DNA from: Chlorokybus atmophyticus
Taxonomy: Eukaryota > Plantae > Mesostigma and Chlorokybus algae
Assembly (NCBI GenBank): GCA_009103225.1
Contig: RHPI01002714.1
Span: 41,329 to 105,328, forward strand
Direction of reading: 5' to 3'
DNA: 64,000 nt
Positions 1-12,149 of the stretch are shown here, piece by piece. A model generated the notes under the pieces. The model searched no databases. It worked only from the letters and a program-made list of their open reading frames with translations, and was not told the DNA's origin. Position numbers and translations under genes: made by a program. Each line of letters begins with the position of its first letter. Position 1 is the first letter of the stretch.

Positions 1-1521
1 CGTCCGGGTCGCACCAATGTGGCGGATCCACTAAGTCGCAGCCCTGCTCTTTTGGCACTTACGCGCTCTCGAAGTACGCGTAATGTACAACAGCCTGAAG
101 ATCCTTTCTTAAAGGAAGTGTCCACAGGTTATAACTCAGATGATTGGTTTAGCAGTCAAACCAACTTGCAACAGCTTACTGCTGTTAGCAATCTGTGGTA
201 TAAAGGGGAGCAGTTGGCAATTCCCAACTCGGGCGACTTGCGTAAGCAATGCTTACATTCAGTGCATGACCCGCCGTATGCTGGGCATTTGGGGAAACAC
301 AAAACACTCAAATCTGCGCAACAGTTATACTGGTGGCCGTCAATGTCAGCTGACGTGGATCAATATGTTCGCACATGTGACGTGTGTCAACGTAATAAGC
401 CACTACGACAAAAACAAGCGGGATTGCTTAAACCATTGGCAATTCCAGAACAAAAGTGGGATAGTGTCAGTATGGATTTGATTACTGACCTACCTGAAAC
501 AGCAGCTAAATACACTGCTATTGTGGTTTTTGTCGACCGTTTGACTAAAATGGTGCATTTTGCCCCGTGTTGCACAACTGTAAGTGCACGGGACTTGGCA
601 CACTTATTTGTGTCCACGGTCTTTCGCGTTCACGGTATACCGCGTGAACTTGTCACAGATCGTGATCCTCGTTTTGTCTCCAAGTTTTGGCGAGAAGTCT
701 GTGAATTGTTGGGGGTAAAACAAAGCATGTCGACTGCTTTCCACCCGCAAACGGACGGTCAAACTGAGCGAGCAAATCAAATACTGGAAGAAATGCTTCG
801 CCACTATGTGGCTCCTAATCATGCTGATTGGGACAGGTACTTGCCAATGGCAGAGTTCGCTGTGAACAACGCGTGGCAAGAAAGTGTAAAGGAAACCCCA
901 TTTTTCTTGAATTATGGGATTCGCCCAAACACACCAGCGTCATTGCGTGTACCTCGCCATGCCGTGACTGTGCCAGCGGCAAAGGAATTTGCCACTAATA
1001 TGCAAGAAAATTTGGCTCGAGCCAAGCTGTGTCTGTCAGAAGCACAGGACAGGCAAAAAGCTTATGCTGATACACATCGAAAAATGGCCACTTTCGATGT
1101 CGGCGATAAAGTTTTGCTTAATGCAAAAAACATAACCATCAAAGGTACGGGTGCTCGCAAGTTGCTGCCCCGATGGTTAGGTCCTTTCTCTATCACTGAT
1201 AGAGTTGGTACGCACGCTTATCGACTGCAATTGCCCCCAAGTGTGCGTATACACAACGTGTTTCATGTAAACTTGTTGAAACCTTACCGCTCAGACGGTA
1301 GAACACAGCCTCCACCACCGCCAATTGAGGTGGACAGCGAGCTCGAATACGAGGTGGAAGCTATATTGAACCATAAGCTAAATGGTCGAGGACGCGCAAC
1401 TCGCTATTTGGTGAAATGGAAAGGGTATGGCCCGGAACATAACAGTTGGGAGCCCGACAGGCATCTTACGCACTGCCGCGAGTTGCTTCGAGCTTATTGG
1501 GATTCATGTCCTGTCCCATAA
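1..1521 (+). CDS. pol: Gypsy Pol C-terminus: integrase (H2C2, DDE core, GPY/F) plus chromodomain
   Basis: HDPPYAGHLG...CDVCQ zinc-binding motif, SMDLITDLP, VTDRDPRF, HPQTDGQTER, WLGPF, and the chromodomain EYEVEAIL...YLVKWKGYGPEHNSWEP. The frame is open from base 1 with no stops. Confidence 0.95.
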   Translation, partial: RPGRTNVADPLSRSPALLALTRSRSTRNVQQPEDPFLKEVSTGYNSDDWFSSQTNLQQLTAVSNLWYKGEQLAIPNSGDLRKQCLHSVHDPPYAGHLGKHKTLKSAQQLYWWPSMSADVDQYVRTCDVCQRNKPLRQKQAGLLKPLAIPEQKWDSVSMDLITDLPETAAKYTAIVVFVDRLTKMVHFAPCCTTVSARDLAHLFVSTVFRVHGIPRELVTDRDPRFVSKFWREVCELLGVKQSMSTAFHPQTDGQTERANQILEEMLRHYVAPNHADWDRYLPMAEFAVNNAWQESVKETPFFLNYGIRPNTPASLRVPRHAVTVPAAKEFATNMQENLARAKLCLSEAQDRQKAYADTHRKMATFDVGDKVLLNAKNITIKGTGARKLLPRWLGPFSITDRVGTHAYRLQLPPSVRIHNVFHVNLLKPYRSDGRTQPPPPPIEVDSELEYEVEAILNHKLNGRGRATRYLVKWKGYGPEHNSWEPDRHLTHCRELLRAYWDSCPVP

Positions 1522-1656
1522 ACTGTGGGCTTGGTTTTATGACAGACTGGCAGTGCAGTTTCATTACCACCCTGTCATTTCCTGCTATCTCACTGGTTAC
1601 AATCACTCGAAATCAAGCCTGATCAACTTGAGTTCAACGAGGACGTTGAAAACTTA

Positions 1657-1668
1657 AGTGGGGGGGAA
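1657..1668 (+). promoter_or_regulatory. Polypurine tract of the chromovirus
   Basis: AAGTGGGGGGGAA-type G-rich tract immediately 5' of the LTR start TG at 1669. Confidence 0.85.
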
Positions 1669-2195
1669 TGTAACGGGAGCAATAATAATAGGGGTATTAT
1701 TGCTACCTAAATAACACATTTTGTATGAATAAGTATTTAAATATGCTTATTTATACCTCTTTTCTACGGTTCCTCGCTTATTAAAGGCTATGATGCTTTA
1801 TCATAGCTTAAATAAGTCCCAATGGGTGTAGAACCGCTTATTCAAGCCTATTTAATGTCACATTTGATATAATGTGATCACTATCTCGTTAGGTACCTTA
1901 CGATAGGTATCTTTGGATAGGTACCTTATCGATAGGTACCTTATCTGAGCTGTGATTGGCTCACGCTAGATTTCCTAACTACCCTATCTGTAGGGTCGAT
2001 GTCTAGTTGTGAGTTAATTATCGAGAGGTATATAATTGATATACTCTTGATATAAAAGGTCACATCAATCTGATGTGGGGACTTTTCAGTTCTCTGCTCA
2101 GGGGCGGCCACGCCGTCGAAAGGCTTGTCATAGGCGGTGTGGGTGTTGGGGTAGAGGATTGAAGGGGCATCACCGGCGACGGTGGTGCTGTTACA
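1669..2195 (+). repeat. 3' LTR of the chromovirus (527 bp)
   Basis: Starts TGTAAC after the PPT and ends GTTACA. The sequence right after it resumes homology with the uninterrupted site at ~51643. Confidence 0.9.
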
Positions 2196-3239
2196 CGCCC
2201 TCTCCTGGCACAATCCCTATGTAGATGCACATATGTTTGGTTCGCCCGCATTGACATAGCGTGTTCGTGCAGGTGCCTCAGCATAGGGATGGAGGTGCGT
2301 GCGGGCTGTTTGTCATGGTTTACCTTGACAAGTTTATAGATGGGATACAAGCTGGTCCAATCGAGCAAAACGCCGATATTTTAGCAGGTACAGCTCATGC
2401 ATTGGAATGTCTCCATATGGCAGCTGCCTTAGTGCAAAGTCGTGTAGGGTGACATGTGTTGAGCAACCAGATGGTGTGGGTGTGTGCAACGCAGATGCAA
2501 AAGGATTGGTTTCGTCCAAAAGAGGCAGACAGCTTAAGGAGACGACTGCGAACACTCATGGACAGCATGCCAGCACAGCAAACGTCACGGCGGATGTGAA
2601 GTAGCAGGCGGTTGGTACATAGCTAAATTGTAGTCAAAAGCACAGGTTCATTGGCCAGCTGTGTAATAGTAGCCCAAGCTAACTTTGTGCTTAATAGAAT
2701 TTAGAATGCAAGAAATTAGCATGCTTGCCTTTTCAATGGCACTTGGGACTTGGTGTAATATCACAGCGGCAGTTTTGCCAAGTGGTGTTGAACATTCAAT
2801 GGCACTTGGGACTTGGTGTTTTTCATGCTATATGTTCCCTGAATATGACGGTGACTATGCAATGGTATTTAGGACTCAGGGTTTTCGCGGCAAGCCGTAG
2901 CCAGCACCACACACGCTGGGTGATTATTCTGCTGTTTGGGCACTGACAATTCATTGTACCATATCGTTCATCAAGTACAACTTGACTGACCTTGAATATG
3001 CACGAAATACTCATTTTGAAATTCAAAGTGTACGGGTTGAAACGAGGTTCAGTGGTATGTACGTTGAATATGAATGCGTCTTGCGGGTTAAGAACGCTGT
3101 TCCTTTTGGCAGGGATGGGACAGAAAGTACAATAACCATTGGATATTCACGGACAAAAGGCGTGAAACGGATCAAGTCATTAATATTCAGACGAAATGGC
3201 GTGTTTAATCAGGACTCGGGGGGTCCCAAAATTCTGGTG
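2196..3239 (+). mobile_element. Right end of a second copy of the En/Spm element (last ULP1 exon, subterminal repeats, degenerate TIR)
   Basis: Colinear with 51643-52690. Contains VPQHRDGGACGLFV and a TIR remnant at 3209-3239. Confidence 0.85.
2261..2452 (+). pseudogene. C-terminal catalytic-Cys exon of the ULP1/C48 protease gene, cut off from its 5' exons by the chromovirus insertion
   Basis: VPQHRDGGACGLFVMVYLDKF matches 51709-51897. Confidence 0.75.
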
Positions 3240-4026
3240 AAATACCCACTGACATCAGCAGGCTCAGATCATTCTTCGGGCTTGTAAACTACTATCGTCG
3301 GTTTGTGAAAGACTTTAGCAAGTTGAACAAACCTTCAAATGACTTGTTGAAGGAAAAAACCCATAGGCAATGATGTAAAAATTGCCAGCAAGCATTGAGC
3401 TGATTAAGGAGAGAAACTCGGCGAAGCACCAGGACTGAGAACATCTGACTACAACTAGCAGTTCATCTTCCATATAACTTGGAGCAAGTTGGGCATCGGT
3501 GCTGTGGTATGCCAGAAAAATAAGTGACGGAGCAGAATATGTGGTTGCATTTGCTAGCGAAAGCAACAACAAAGCTAAAGGCAATTACAGCTCCTATAAA
3601 GGGGAATGTTTGGTAGCAGCATGGGCATTTGTACCATTCAGGCCTCTCGCCTTCGGAAGGCGTTTCAAGCTGTTAACTGACCATCAACCTTTCGAGTAGT
3701 TGCTTACCAACAGCCACCTAATCGAAAAGCATGCTCGCTGAGCATTAATCCTACAAGAGTATACTTCATCATATAGCACCCGGCAGGGTCGGCCAACATG
3801 GACACAAACGGATTGACCAAAATCCTGTTCCTGACATCAAAGATGAGAGTGAGGCTCGGCATGATTACGAGCCAGATACCCGTGTTGCTGCAAATATGGC
3901 AGCACTACTCGTCGTTGCGGGGTGTGCAATGATTGAGTACGAGCAAGTGGTGGACACCCCCACGAACAGTGAGGAGACAATCCGCTGTGCAGTTGAGGCT
4001 GAGGGGGTCACCCCCGTTGAGGACGA
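3240..4026 (+). pseudogene. Old gypsy remnant, part 1 (RT connection / RNase H)
   Basis: PTDISRLRSFFGLVNYYRRFV and RRFKLLTDHQP motifs, with stops and frameshifts. Confidence 0.85.
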
Positions 4027-4481
4027 TGTTGGAATGGACGATGACAAGCACACACATGCACAAGAGCACGCCACAACACCAACGTCAGGAGACCATACAA
4101 GACCATCTATTGCCATCATGTCCACGGGTTTTATACCCGCCAGCTATACATGCTTCTACTCCAAAACTACAGCATCTAGCACACTCAACCATAACTTGCG
4201 TTCGGATTTGCTCCATGTAGCTAGCTTCAAGAGCTTTCCAACAAGCTGCAGCACACGCCAAATAGTCAAGTAACCACCGATATTCAATTATTCTACTACA
4301 GCGCCTGAAAGTCTCCAGACACTAGACTCGCTGACGCGCCTGGACCTTTCGACTTGAGTCGCTGGAACCGTCTAGCGCCTATTCCTATGCAAAAGGCAAG
4401 CTGACCGATTGACCTAGATGTAGGAATATCCTCAACACTCCCACGCGGGCATCTTAGCCTTCACACCTTCACCTTTGTAGC

Positions 4482-6061
4482 TCATGTGCCGCTAGCTCTC
4501 GTACTAGCCTTGCTCCTCTTCTTGTTTGCAATTGCCAAGAAGCCTTTCACCTTCCCTTCTTGCTCCACCTCTTCCACCATGCTTCCCATAAGCGCTGAGA
4601 ATCGGTTCGCCTTGAAGTAGTTATCCTCCACATCACCTTGAGCCTCCCGGTAGACCTTCAACCCCTCGCTCTTTTGCTGCACATGCTCGCTGCCGCCCTG
4701 CGCCTGCTGCACCTCTCTTTTTGAGATAGCAACTCCAACCCTAGTAATAGCTCTTGGCTCTTCCTTAGCCACCTTGCTTTCCACCACTTGCTTGGAGCTC
4801 CTTGGAGCTCCTAAGGGCTCCGAGCTCGTCCGCTTCACAACAATCTTCAGTGCCTCCTTATTGCCTTGACCTTGTGGTGTCTTGAATGCTCCCTTCTTAA
4901 CTACCTTTATCGCTGCAACATCCTTGTGCGTCTTGTCCTCCTCTACGTAGTAGAGTCCGGGCTTGTTAATGCCTACTACATGTGTAACGCCCCCAAGTAC
5001 TATCCTAGCCTTGTCCGCATCGATCACAACTCTAGCACCAACCCTCGTGGCTACACGTACTGAGAACAAACTAGCTGATGCGCCTGGCACATACAGTACA
5101 TCTCCAAGCACAACCTTCTTAACTACACCACCAACCTTGCACCTGAGGTTGGCATCTCCCTTTGCAACAGCGTCCACCATCTTCTTGTTCCCAAAATCCA
5201 CCGTGACTGGCTTGGACAAACGAGTGAGGTTGATGAGCTTGCTCCTGTCGCTTGTGAGATGCTTGCTTGCTCCCGTATTCAGCACCCACCCAGGATACTC
5301 CGCTCCTTCATCAGATGCATGAAAAGCACATACCGCTCCGCACCACCAGCCGTCATTCTCTTCCACTTGGGACACTTGCTCACATGATTACGCTCCGCGC
5401 AATGCCAACACTCCTCGTTGCTGCCTCGAGCGCTCTTCTTCTCATGTGCATGCCTCGATGAAGTCTCGAATGCCACACCACCGGGTTGAGCTCCGTTCTC
5501 TATTTCATCCTCTTTCCTCAAGCGTTGCTCCTTTTGAAGAAGCCGTGGTGTCACCCCATCAAACGTCAAGACCTCCGCTGACGATTCCAAAATTGTGACA
5601 ACAATCGTATACTCTTTGGACGAACCTGAGAGCACAGCCTTAACAAACTCCACCTCTTTAAGCTCATGGCCAACGCAAGCAAATCTCTCCACAACGCGCG
5701 CGCCATGAACTTGACAATGGCCTCTCCGCTCTTATTGCGCAACGAGTTGAGCTCCTCCCTCAGCTGCAGTCACCTCACCATGTTACGCGTCTTGGAGTGG
5801 TTTTCAAGCTTCTTTAGAAGCTCCCTTGCATCCTTGCACTCCCTCACTAGCACCAAGTGATGATTCGCCATGTGCAAGCCAATGAGCGCCAAAGCCTTCC
5901 TCCCTTGACGCCCAAACACTCGCCTCACCAACGGGAGCATTCTTCTTCGGGTCTATATACTTCCACAACTCTTTGTGGGCTAGTAGCAGCTCCATCTTCA
6001 CGCTCCAGGTATTGTAGTTGTCAATGTTTAGTGAGTCGATCGCAAACTTGATGCCGTCCAT
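4482..6061 (-). pseudogene. gag: Copia gag-protease remnant
   Basis: MDGIKFAIDSLNIDNYNTWSVKMELLL (copia gag N-terminus), zinc-knuckle remnant CWHCAERNHVSKC, protease WVLNTGASKH (D to N). Frameshifted; no integrase or RT before the PPT. Confidence 0.8.
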
Positions 6062-6172
6062 GCTTGTGACCTTCGTTGCCCCTCTCCTACTCGCAGACCT
6101 TGCAACCTACTACTCTCACAGCATCCACACCTACTCACACAATTCAACTCAGGACAACCTACACAAGCATGT

Positions 6173-6186
6173 GTGGGCCCATAACC
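6173..6186 (-). promoter_or_regulatory. Copia primer-binding site of the half-tRNA-iMet type
   Basis: Reverse complement is GGTTATGGGCCCAC, directly abutting the 5' LTR. Matches the Drosophila copia/Osser-type PBS. Confidence 0.85.
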
Positions 6187-6604
6187 TGTTGAGATGGACG
6201 ATGACAAGCATACACAAGTGCACGCCACAACACCATCATCGGGAAACTATATAAGACCATCTATTGCCATCATGTCCACGGGTTTTATAACCGCCAGCTA
6301 CACATGCTTCTACTCTAGAAGCTACTGCATCTAGCACACGCAGCTATAACCTGCGCTCTAATTTGCTCCACGTAGCTAGCTTCATGAGCTTTTCAACAAG
6401 CTATGGCACGCCAAATAGTCACGTAACCACCGAGATACAAGCAATCCACCACAGCGCCTGGAAGTCTCTCTCCGGACTCGCCAACGTGCCGCTTGAACCT
6501 TCTCGCGCCTGGACCTCTCGACCGAGTCGCCTGGAACCTTTTAGCGGCTATTCCTATGCAGAGGGCAAGCTGACCGGCTGACCTAAATGTAGGAATCCCC
6601 AACA

Positions 6605-6860
6605 CACGATACCATCAAGGGCGATATCTGACTGGATCCGGAAGCCCTGATGTATCTAAAGACCGGAAATTACCCACCAGCTGCAAGTTTGCTAACAAAG
6701 GACCGCGTTTGACGCCGGTCTCAGTGCTACGATTGGAATCAAGACAAGGTACAAGATAATACAAGACGGCACCATAAAAATGGTGCCACCACTATTCGAC
6801 AGAGAGGCGGTTGTGCGCAAGCTGTATTATTGGGACATTTTGGGGTGAAGCGCACACTGG
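6605..6860 (+). pseudogene. Old gypsy remnant, part 2 (integrase N-terminus up to GHFGVKRT)
   Basis: ggacattttggggtgaagcgcaca encodes GHFGVKRT and ends exactly at the CACTA-type TIR. Confidence 0.75.
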
Positions 6861-6873
6861 CGCTACGTCGCAA
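6861..6873 (+). repeat. Left TIR of the Plavaka element
   Basis: 12/13 match to the reverse complement of 21427-21439; 13/13 in copy B. Confidence 0.85.
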
Positions 6874-7289
6874 ATTTTACACGGTGACTGACTAAGGACT
6901 GAGGGACTGACTGGTGCCTGAGCCTGCCTGAGCCTGCCTGTTGCTGCCTGAAATATTACTTTTGGACTGTTGGGTTTGCCGTTGGCTTAAGTGGACTGAC
7001 GCAGACGGCCGCGGGCCGAAAGTGGTTGTCAGTGGCACTAACCGGCCGAGCGTTGTCAACCAGTTACCCTTTGGTGGATATGCACAGACGGCCGTTACCC
7101 GGTAGTTACGGACAGCTGACAGCAATAGCCGGCAGTTTCTTTGCCGTTACACTGCTGGTAATATGTGACCCTTGCCGTTTGACAAAAGTTGGCAATTCTT
7201 GCCGTAAGCCAACACTAACATGCCATGCAGCTTGTACAAACCTTGGACTGATTATTTGGTCTTGCACCTAAAAGCCCACAATATAAACA

Positions 7290-8390
7290 ATGTACGGGCA
7301 GTGGTGAGAGTATGTCCACTTACAACTGAGCAGCCGACTTGCGCATGAAACTACCCTATAACATTGAGTCTAGCTGTCGAACTCATGCGCAGCTTGTCAA
7401 CCCGTGGTGCCTGCCTCAGAACTCCTCCTCAAACCCCCTCCTCCTGTTCCTCCTCCGACGAGTCTTCTGCTTCAACGCCGGAGTCATCTTCATCCGTTGC
7501 CTCGCTCGCTGACAGTACAGCGGCTACTTCATCCTTCAGCTTGAATGTTAGCGCCTCGCCGTGCACGCGCATGCGCTTGATGGTCGCTTTGAGAGTGACC
7601 ACCTGCATTTGGTAATGCTGTAAGAGTGGCGTGCTGCCAGAGGACTAGCCCATCAGCATACACACGCTTACCTCGTCTTCCGCTTTGTTGCACTCCGCCA
7701 GGCAGACAGTCAGCCTGCCGCGCTGCTCTTGGTTCACTCTGACCAACATGGCAATCTGCAAGCATACTGCTTAATTACCGCTGGAAACATTAAACTAGGT
7801 CATAGATTACCCGTTCGTTTGACTCCGCAGCTTCTCTTTTGCGACTTGTGAGCTCCCGCAAGTAGAAATAGGCTGTGCATTTGCGAGATTGGTCATGCTG
7901 TTCATGTGCATGACACTGGAGGTTGTGCATGAGGGTGTGCATGTCGTATTGACAATGTATGTCAAGTGCAAGATACTTGAGGCTGTGCATGTGCAAGATA
8001 AAAGAACCCTAGCATGTGGCATTGACAGTGCATCGTAACCCACCTTGGTTATGCCAGTCTTGTTTGGTCCCTTCAATCATGTTGCCGTGGTCGCAATTGC
8101 TGGTGGGTCGGATTTTCTTAGAGGCAGTATTGTGGTGTGCCTTTGCCCACTCGCAGGGGGAGCCCTGTAAGATATCGCCCGAGTCACTGTTGTCATTGGA
8201 TGTGCCCTTAGTAGTCTTGGTGGGGTTTGACACCGAGGACACCCCTCCGGCACCCTGCCCGCACTGTGCGAACATGGAATTCATCCCGGACCTCGACCAC
8301 AATGCCCACTACGCCCCTGGCAGCGCCGCCAACGATCCACCAAATGCCACATACTCTCGGCATCACGCCCATGTAAGGGCATAGCTTGGT
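7290..8390 (-). CDS. Probable multi-exon cargo gene of unknown function, divergent from the transposase
   Basis: Coding-like minus-strand segments (e.g. QMQVVTLKATIKRMRVHGEALTFKLKDE...EDDSGVEAEDSSEEEQEEG) conserved in both copies. Exon structure not resolved. Confidence 0.3.
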
Positions 8391-8465
8391 GGAGCTATCA
8401 ATGGTGTTTTCATGCGCAGGGGGACTGACATTGCCAGAGTTGTCAATGGTACGAATTGCCATTGC

Positions 8466-8533
8466 CATTGTACAAAGGTACCATTTCAATGGTACCTTTC
8501 AATGGTACCTTTCAATGGTACCTTTGTACAATG
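8466..8533. repeat. Perfect 20-bp inverted repeat enclosing 13-bp tandem units (TCAATGGTACCTT)
   Basis: CATTGTACAAAGGTACCATT (8466-8485) and AATGGTACCTTTGTACAATG (8514-8533). Lies in the divergent intergenic region upstream of the transposase. Confidence 0.9.
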
Positions 8534-8822
8534 CCTATACCTTTTGGCAAAGGCATCTTCGTACCATTGAAACGGTTCAATCAGAATATATATGTATATA
8601 AAAATATCCAGAGACTCACCCTGGACGTGCAATGGCTCGATCGTACCATTATAATGGTACGACGGAGCCAGTGACTGGCGGCCAAGTTTCCCGCCTCTGG
8701 CATGCAGCGGTAGCGGTAGCGGTGGCGGTGGCGGTGGCGGCGGCGGCGGCGGCGGGTGTGCGTGTTGCTGGATATGATGCAGGTTACATTGGCGACACCT
8801 GTGTCGACGTTAGTAGTGAGAT

Positions 8823-11800
8823 ATGGGAGTCCTTTGTCCGTATTGCCACATGCGCTTCGCCACACGCAGCTCGGTCTACATGCACATTATTAGCAGCAGG
8901 GTGTGCAAGCAGATCAAGCTGTATGTCGGCCAGCGTCCATTACAGTACGATGCGGGTCATGTTGAACCGGGGAGTTCGATCCAGGATGCTCACATGCTTG
9001 ATGCTGAAGGACACACGCACAGCAGCAACAGGAGGAGGAGGAAGTGAACGAGGGCTTTCGATGTGTGCATGTGCCTGAGAAACCTGTGGCACGCCAACAT
9101 GGAAGTGGAGGCGTCCCTTCGCACGCGTCGGAATCCAGGTGGTATGGCTCGGAGCATGCTCTTGCAGTGGCATTCGTGCAGTGCAACAACGGCCAAGGCC
9201 TGTCGGCCTCCGACATGGGGCGGATCATCAAGTGCATCCGAAATGCACACTTCCTGACGGAAGAGCTCCAGTGGGAGACCGGTGTGCATGTGGCCAGCTA
9301 CCTCCGGACCACGATTGCTTTCTCTCAGTCTGAGGTGTGTTCACGGTGTGCGGTGCATGTGCTTCAACCATCAGAGCCATGTCACATATGCACATGCGAG
9401 TGTGCTGCCGTATCAGAACTACGTGACGGCTGACCTGCGCAAGCCTGGAGACCCTGAGGATCAGGACATCTGCGTCACATATATGCCGGCCAAGGTCTGT
9501 GAAATGCAGTACCTAATGCAGTATCAATGCGGTATCTATTCTGAGGCCAGCATAGTAAGTAATGCTCTTGGTCGGAGCAGGTATGGCTCGCGCGGTTGTA
9601 TGGCAATCCACATGCCGCCAATGGCTTCATTTTCAAGTACACTGATGACGAGCACAGCTTTGGCCATCCTTCCACGGGCGATTGGTGGAAGGATGTGGAG
9701 GTGGATTTGAGGAGAGAGGTGGGGGAAGCGTCCTACTTGGCGCCTGCCATTCTGTACAGTGACAAGACCACGCTGGACAGCGCGGGCAAGCGCTCTGGCT
9801 ACCCTCTGATGGCATCGCTTGCCAACTACAGTTGGGACATGTATGCTAGCAACATGGGGGTTGTTATGATAGCGCTTCTGCCGGTGGTTCACGCAGTGGC
9901 CGGGCATCCCACCTGGGCGCAGGGCAAGGAGTCGTTCTCCATTCGAAAACGTGAGAGTTTTCATAACGCTTTGAATGTAGTGTTAGGGGATGTGAAGCGG
10001 GCGAGTTGGGAAGGTCTGCAGCTCATCGACCCGAATGGCATCGAGTGTCGTGTGTTTCCCGCGCTTGCCAACTACATCAGCGATTTGCAGGTAGTGGGCA
10101 TGAATGGTTGTAACCGGATGCAGCCTGCCAGCAAACAGTGCATGGAGGATGTTGTCAGTAGAACATCTGAGTTTGTCGTGTTATAGGAGACTGCCACACT
10201 CGCACGCACTGTGTCGGGCAACCAAACACGACATCCTTGCGATGTTTGTCTCGTCACCAAATCAGATCTGTTGGAGATGGATGAGGACCGGGAATTCAGA
10301 ACCGAGGCCTTCTACACATCAGCAATACGTCAGATGCGGGCGGACCTGCATAGCGGTGTTACGAATGCACGCCAGACAGCCAAGGCTTTCAAAGAGCAGC
10401 ACTCCATGCATGTCGACGAGGTAATGGTCAAATTATCGGCATTCGTGAGGATGAATGGCTTTTCGTGAAACCAGGCAATGTGGTTTGGCAACAGAATGCA
10501 CTGTGGGGTTGGCGACAGTCGCGCGTGCCGGGAGCTGATTGCTACTCTCGTCTTGCCCCTGACGCAATGCATGTGCTGGGAGGCATCATTGACCACCTGC
10601 TTGTGTACGACGCCGCGCAAGAACGAATGCGTCCATCCACGAGACAGATTCTGCAGGCCAGGCACGTCTTTGGTGTTGCTTTTGTGTTGAACACAAAAGC
10701 CAACAACACGTGCTCACGAGCAGATGTGCACAGGCTGAATGCATGCAAGGCGACTCTGCGGGTTTCGCACTTCAAGGCACCCACAAGCACAGTAGATTTC
10801 TTCCTGTCCGACCACTCCTTTCAGGTGGTGGAGAAAGTGGCGGTGCTGCAGCTGCTGCCGGTCCTCGCAGACGGTTTGCTGCTCGACAGTGAGGGCAACG
10901 ATTTCTTTACCATTGCTGCCGCATCGCTTGCCCAGTGGAACAAGAAGTTGCTCAAGGCGCATGAACACACAAGAGAGACCCTGACCACAGCCGACAACGA
11001 GCTGGCTGCCTTCAAAGCTGCAGTGTTGCATCCGCTACTGTCGTCATATTCTGCACAGAAGTCAGGTTGGAAGATCGAGAAGATGCATCAGCTCACTCAT
11101 TTTGGGCTGGCAGTTGTCAGCAGTGGACACCCAGATTGGTTCAGCGCCAACCGCATGGAGCAGACGCACGCCCAAAATATCAAACGGTGGGCGCGTGGTG
11201 GCAACAACCGGGACTACCAGGCACGTATCCTGAAGGCATGGAGCTGTGCGGAATATGTGAGAGAGGATGGCATGGTCGTGGATCCCGAGATGCGCTCGGT
11301 CATGGCGCAGGCGCGGCAGCAGTGCTGTAATGTCATGGAGAAGACGGACAAGTTGCTACGGATGGATGTGCTGACAAGGAGGGAGTCCAGCCCGTACTGG
11401 AGCGGATCTGCGCGTAGTTGCCAAGTCGCCTTGAAGACTCCATTCGTCGACAAGCTGCCTGCCACCCTGGACAGCTGGTTGAGGAGGGAACAACTGGAGT
11501 TGGCCGACGGGTGGCGTGCTGTTCGCGTGGTGAACGGAGGCGCAGCGGTGTACACGACATCAGGAGTCAGCATGGCGCGCGCAACTGGGATGTTCCATGG
11601 GCGGCCTTGGTTCTCTACACTTGAGTTGGAAGGTGATGAGGACGGTGTGAACGTGACGTGGTGGGCTCAGGCACTCCTTTTTCTGCGCGTGGTGGTGTGG
11701 GGTGGTAGCGGCAAGCGCGTGTGGAAGGAGGTCGTGTTTGTCCGCTGGTACACGAAGCTGGATGTGACGAGCGACACAAGGTGCATCGCTCTGGAATGGG

Positions 11801-11946
11801 AAAAGCGTCGAGGCGGTCCACATTTTGATGTCGTGACTCTGGAGCAAGTAAAAGGCATTGTCCAGATGCTCCCCATGTTTGACAAGGACAGCGCCCGTGT
11901 ACAAGAGGGCAAGTATTGGGTGAATGTTCACTGCACTTCCACATGA
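8823..11946 (+). pseudogene. Plavaka-family transposase, intron-containing (copy A, frameshifted near 9010)
   Basis: N-terminal Zn finger LCPYCHMRF...H...C. Motifs HPSTGDWW, ILYSDKTTL..GKRSGYPLMASLAN, RVFPALANYISDL, CDVC, PDAMHVLGGIIDHL, KMHQLTHF...G..DWFSANRMEQTH...K resemble Plavaka/CMC-type transposases. A 13-bp deletion relative to copy B shifts the frame. Confidence 0.8.
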
Positions 11947-12149
11947 CATATGTACTTGTCTTACTACTCTGAGTTTGGAGCATATCAGTCAGTTAGGCAT
12001 TGCTAATCGTATGCTAAGACTTTTGCATGTGGACGTGTACAATACCGGGCAGCTGTCACTGCACAACTGTCACCACAATCGAATGATCCATGCAACATTC
12101 AACAATCAGTCCGCCGTGTGGCATTAAGCATCAATACAGTGCACCACAC

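Larger units (their letters stand above)
1..2195 (+). mobile_element. 3' portion of a Ty3/gypsy chromovirus LTR retrotransposon (continues off the left edge)
   Basis: Intact pol 3' end (RNase H tail RPGRTNVADPLSR, integrase, chromodomain), then a purine tract and an LTR bounded by TGTAAC...GTTACA. Confidence 0.95.
4027..6604 (-). mobile_element. Non-autonomous Ty1/copia LTR element (gag + protease only), copy A
   Basis: LTRs at 4027-4437 and 6187-6604 (TGTTG...CAACA). PBS GGTTATGGGCCCAC on the minus strand at 6173-6186. PPT-like GCGTGGGAG next to the 3' LTR. Flanks GACGA/CACGA (TSD with one mismatch; perfect in copy B). Confidence 0.9.

Noticed and set aside
1890-1946. AGGTACCTTA tandem motif resembling the GTAC clusters
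   Set aside because: It lies inside the unrelated chromovirus LTR, where short tandem enhancer-like repeats are common; no link to the Plavaka element is supported.
8632-9078. Poly-Ala/AVAVA ORF (and its copy at 57843-58526)
   Set aside because: Translation of a (GCG/GTG)n microsatellite in the transposase upstream region that differs in length between copies.
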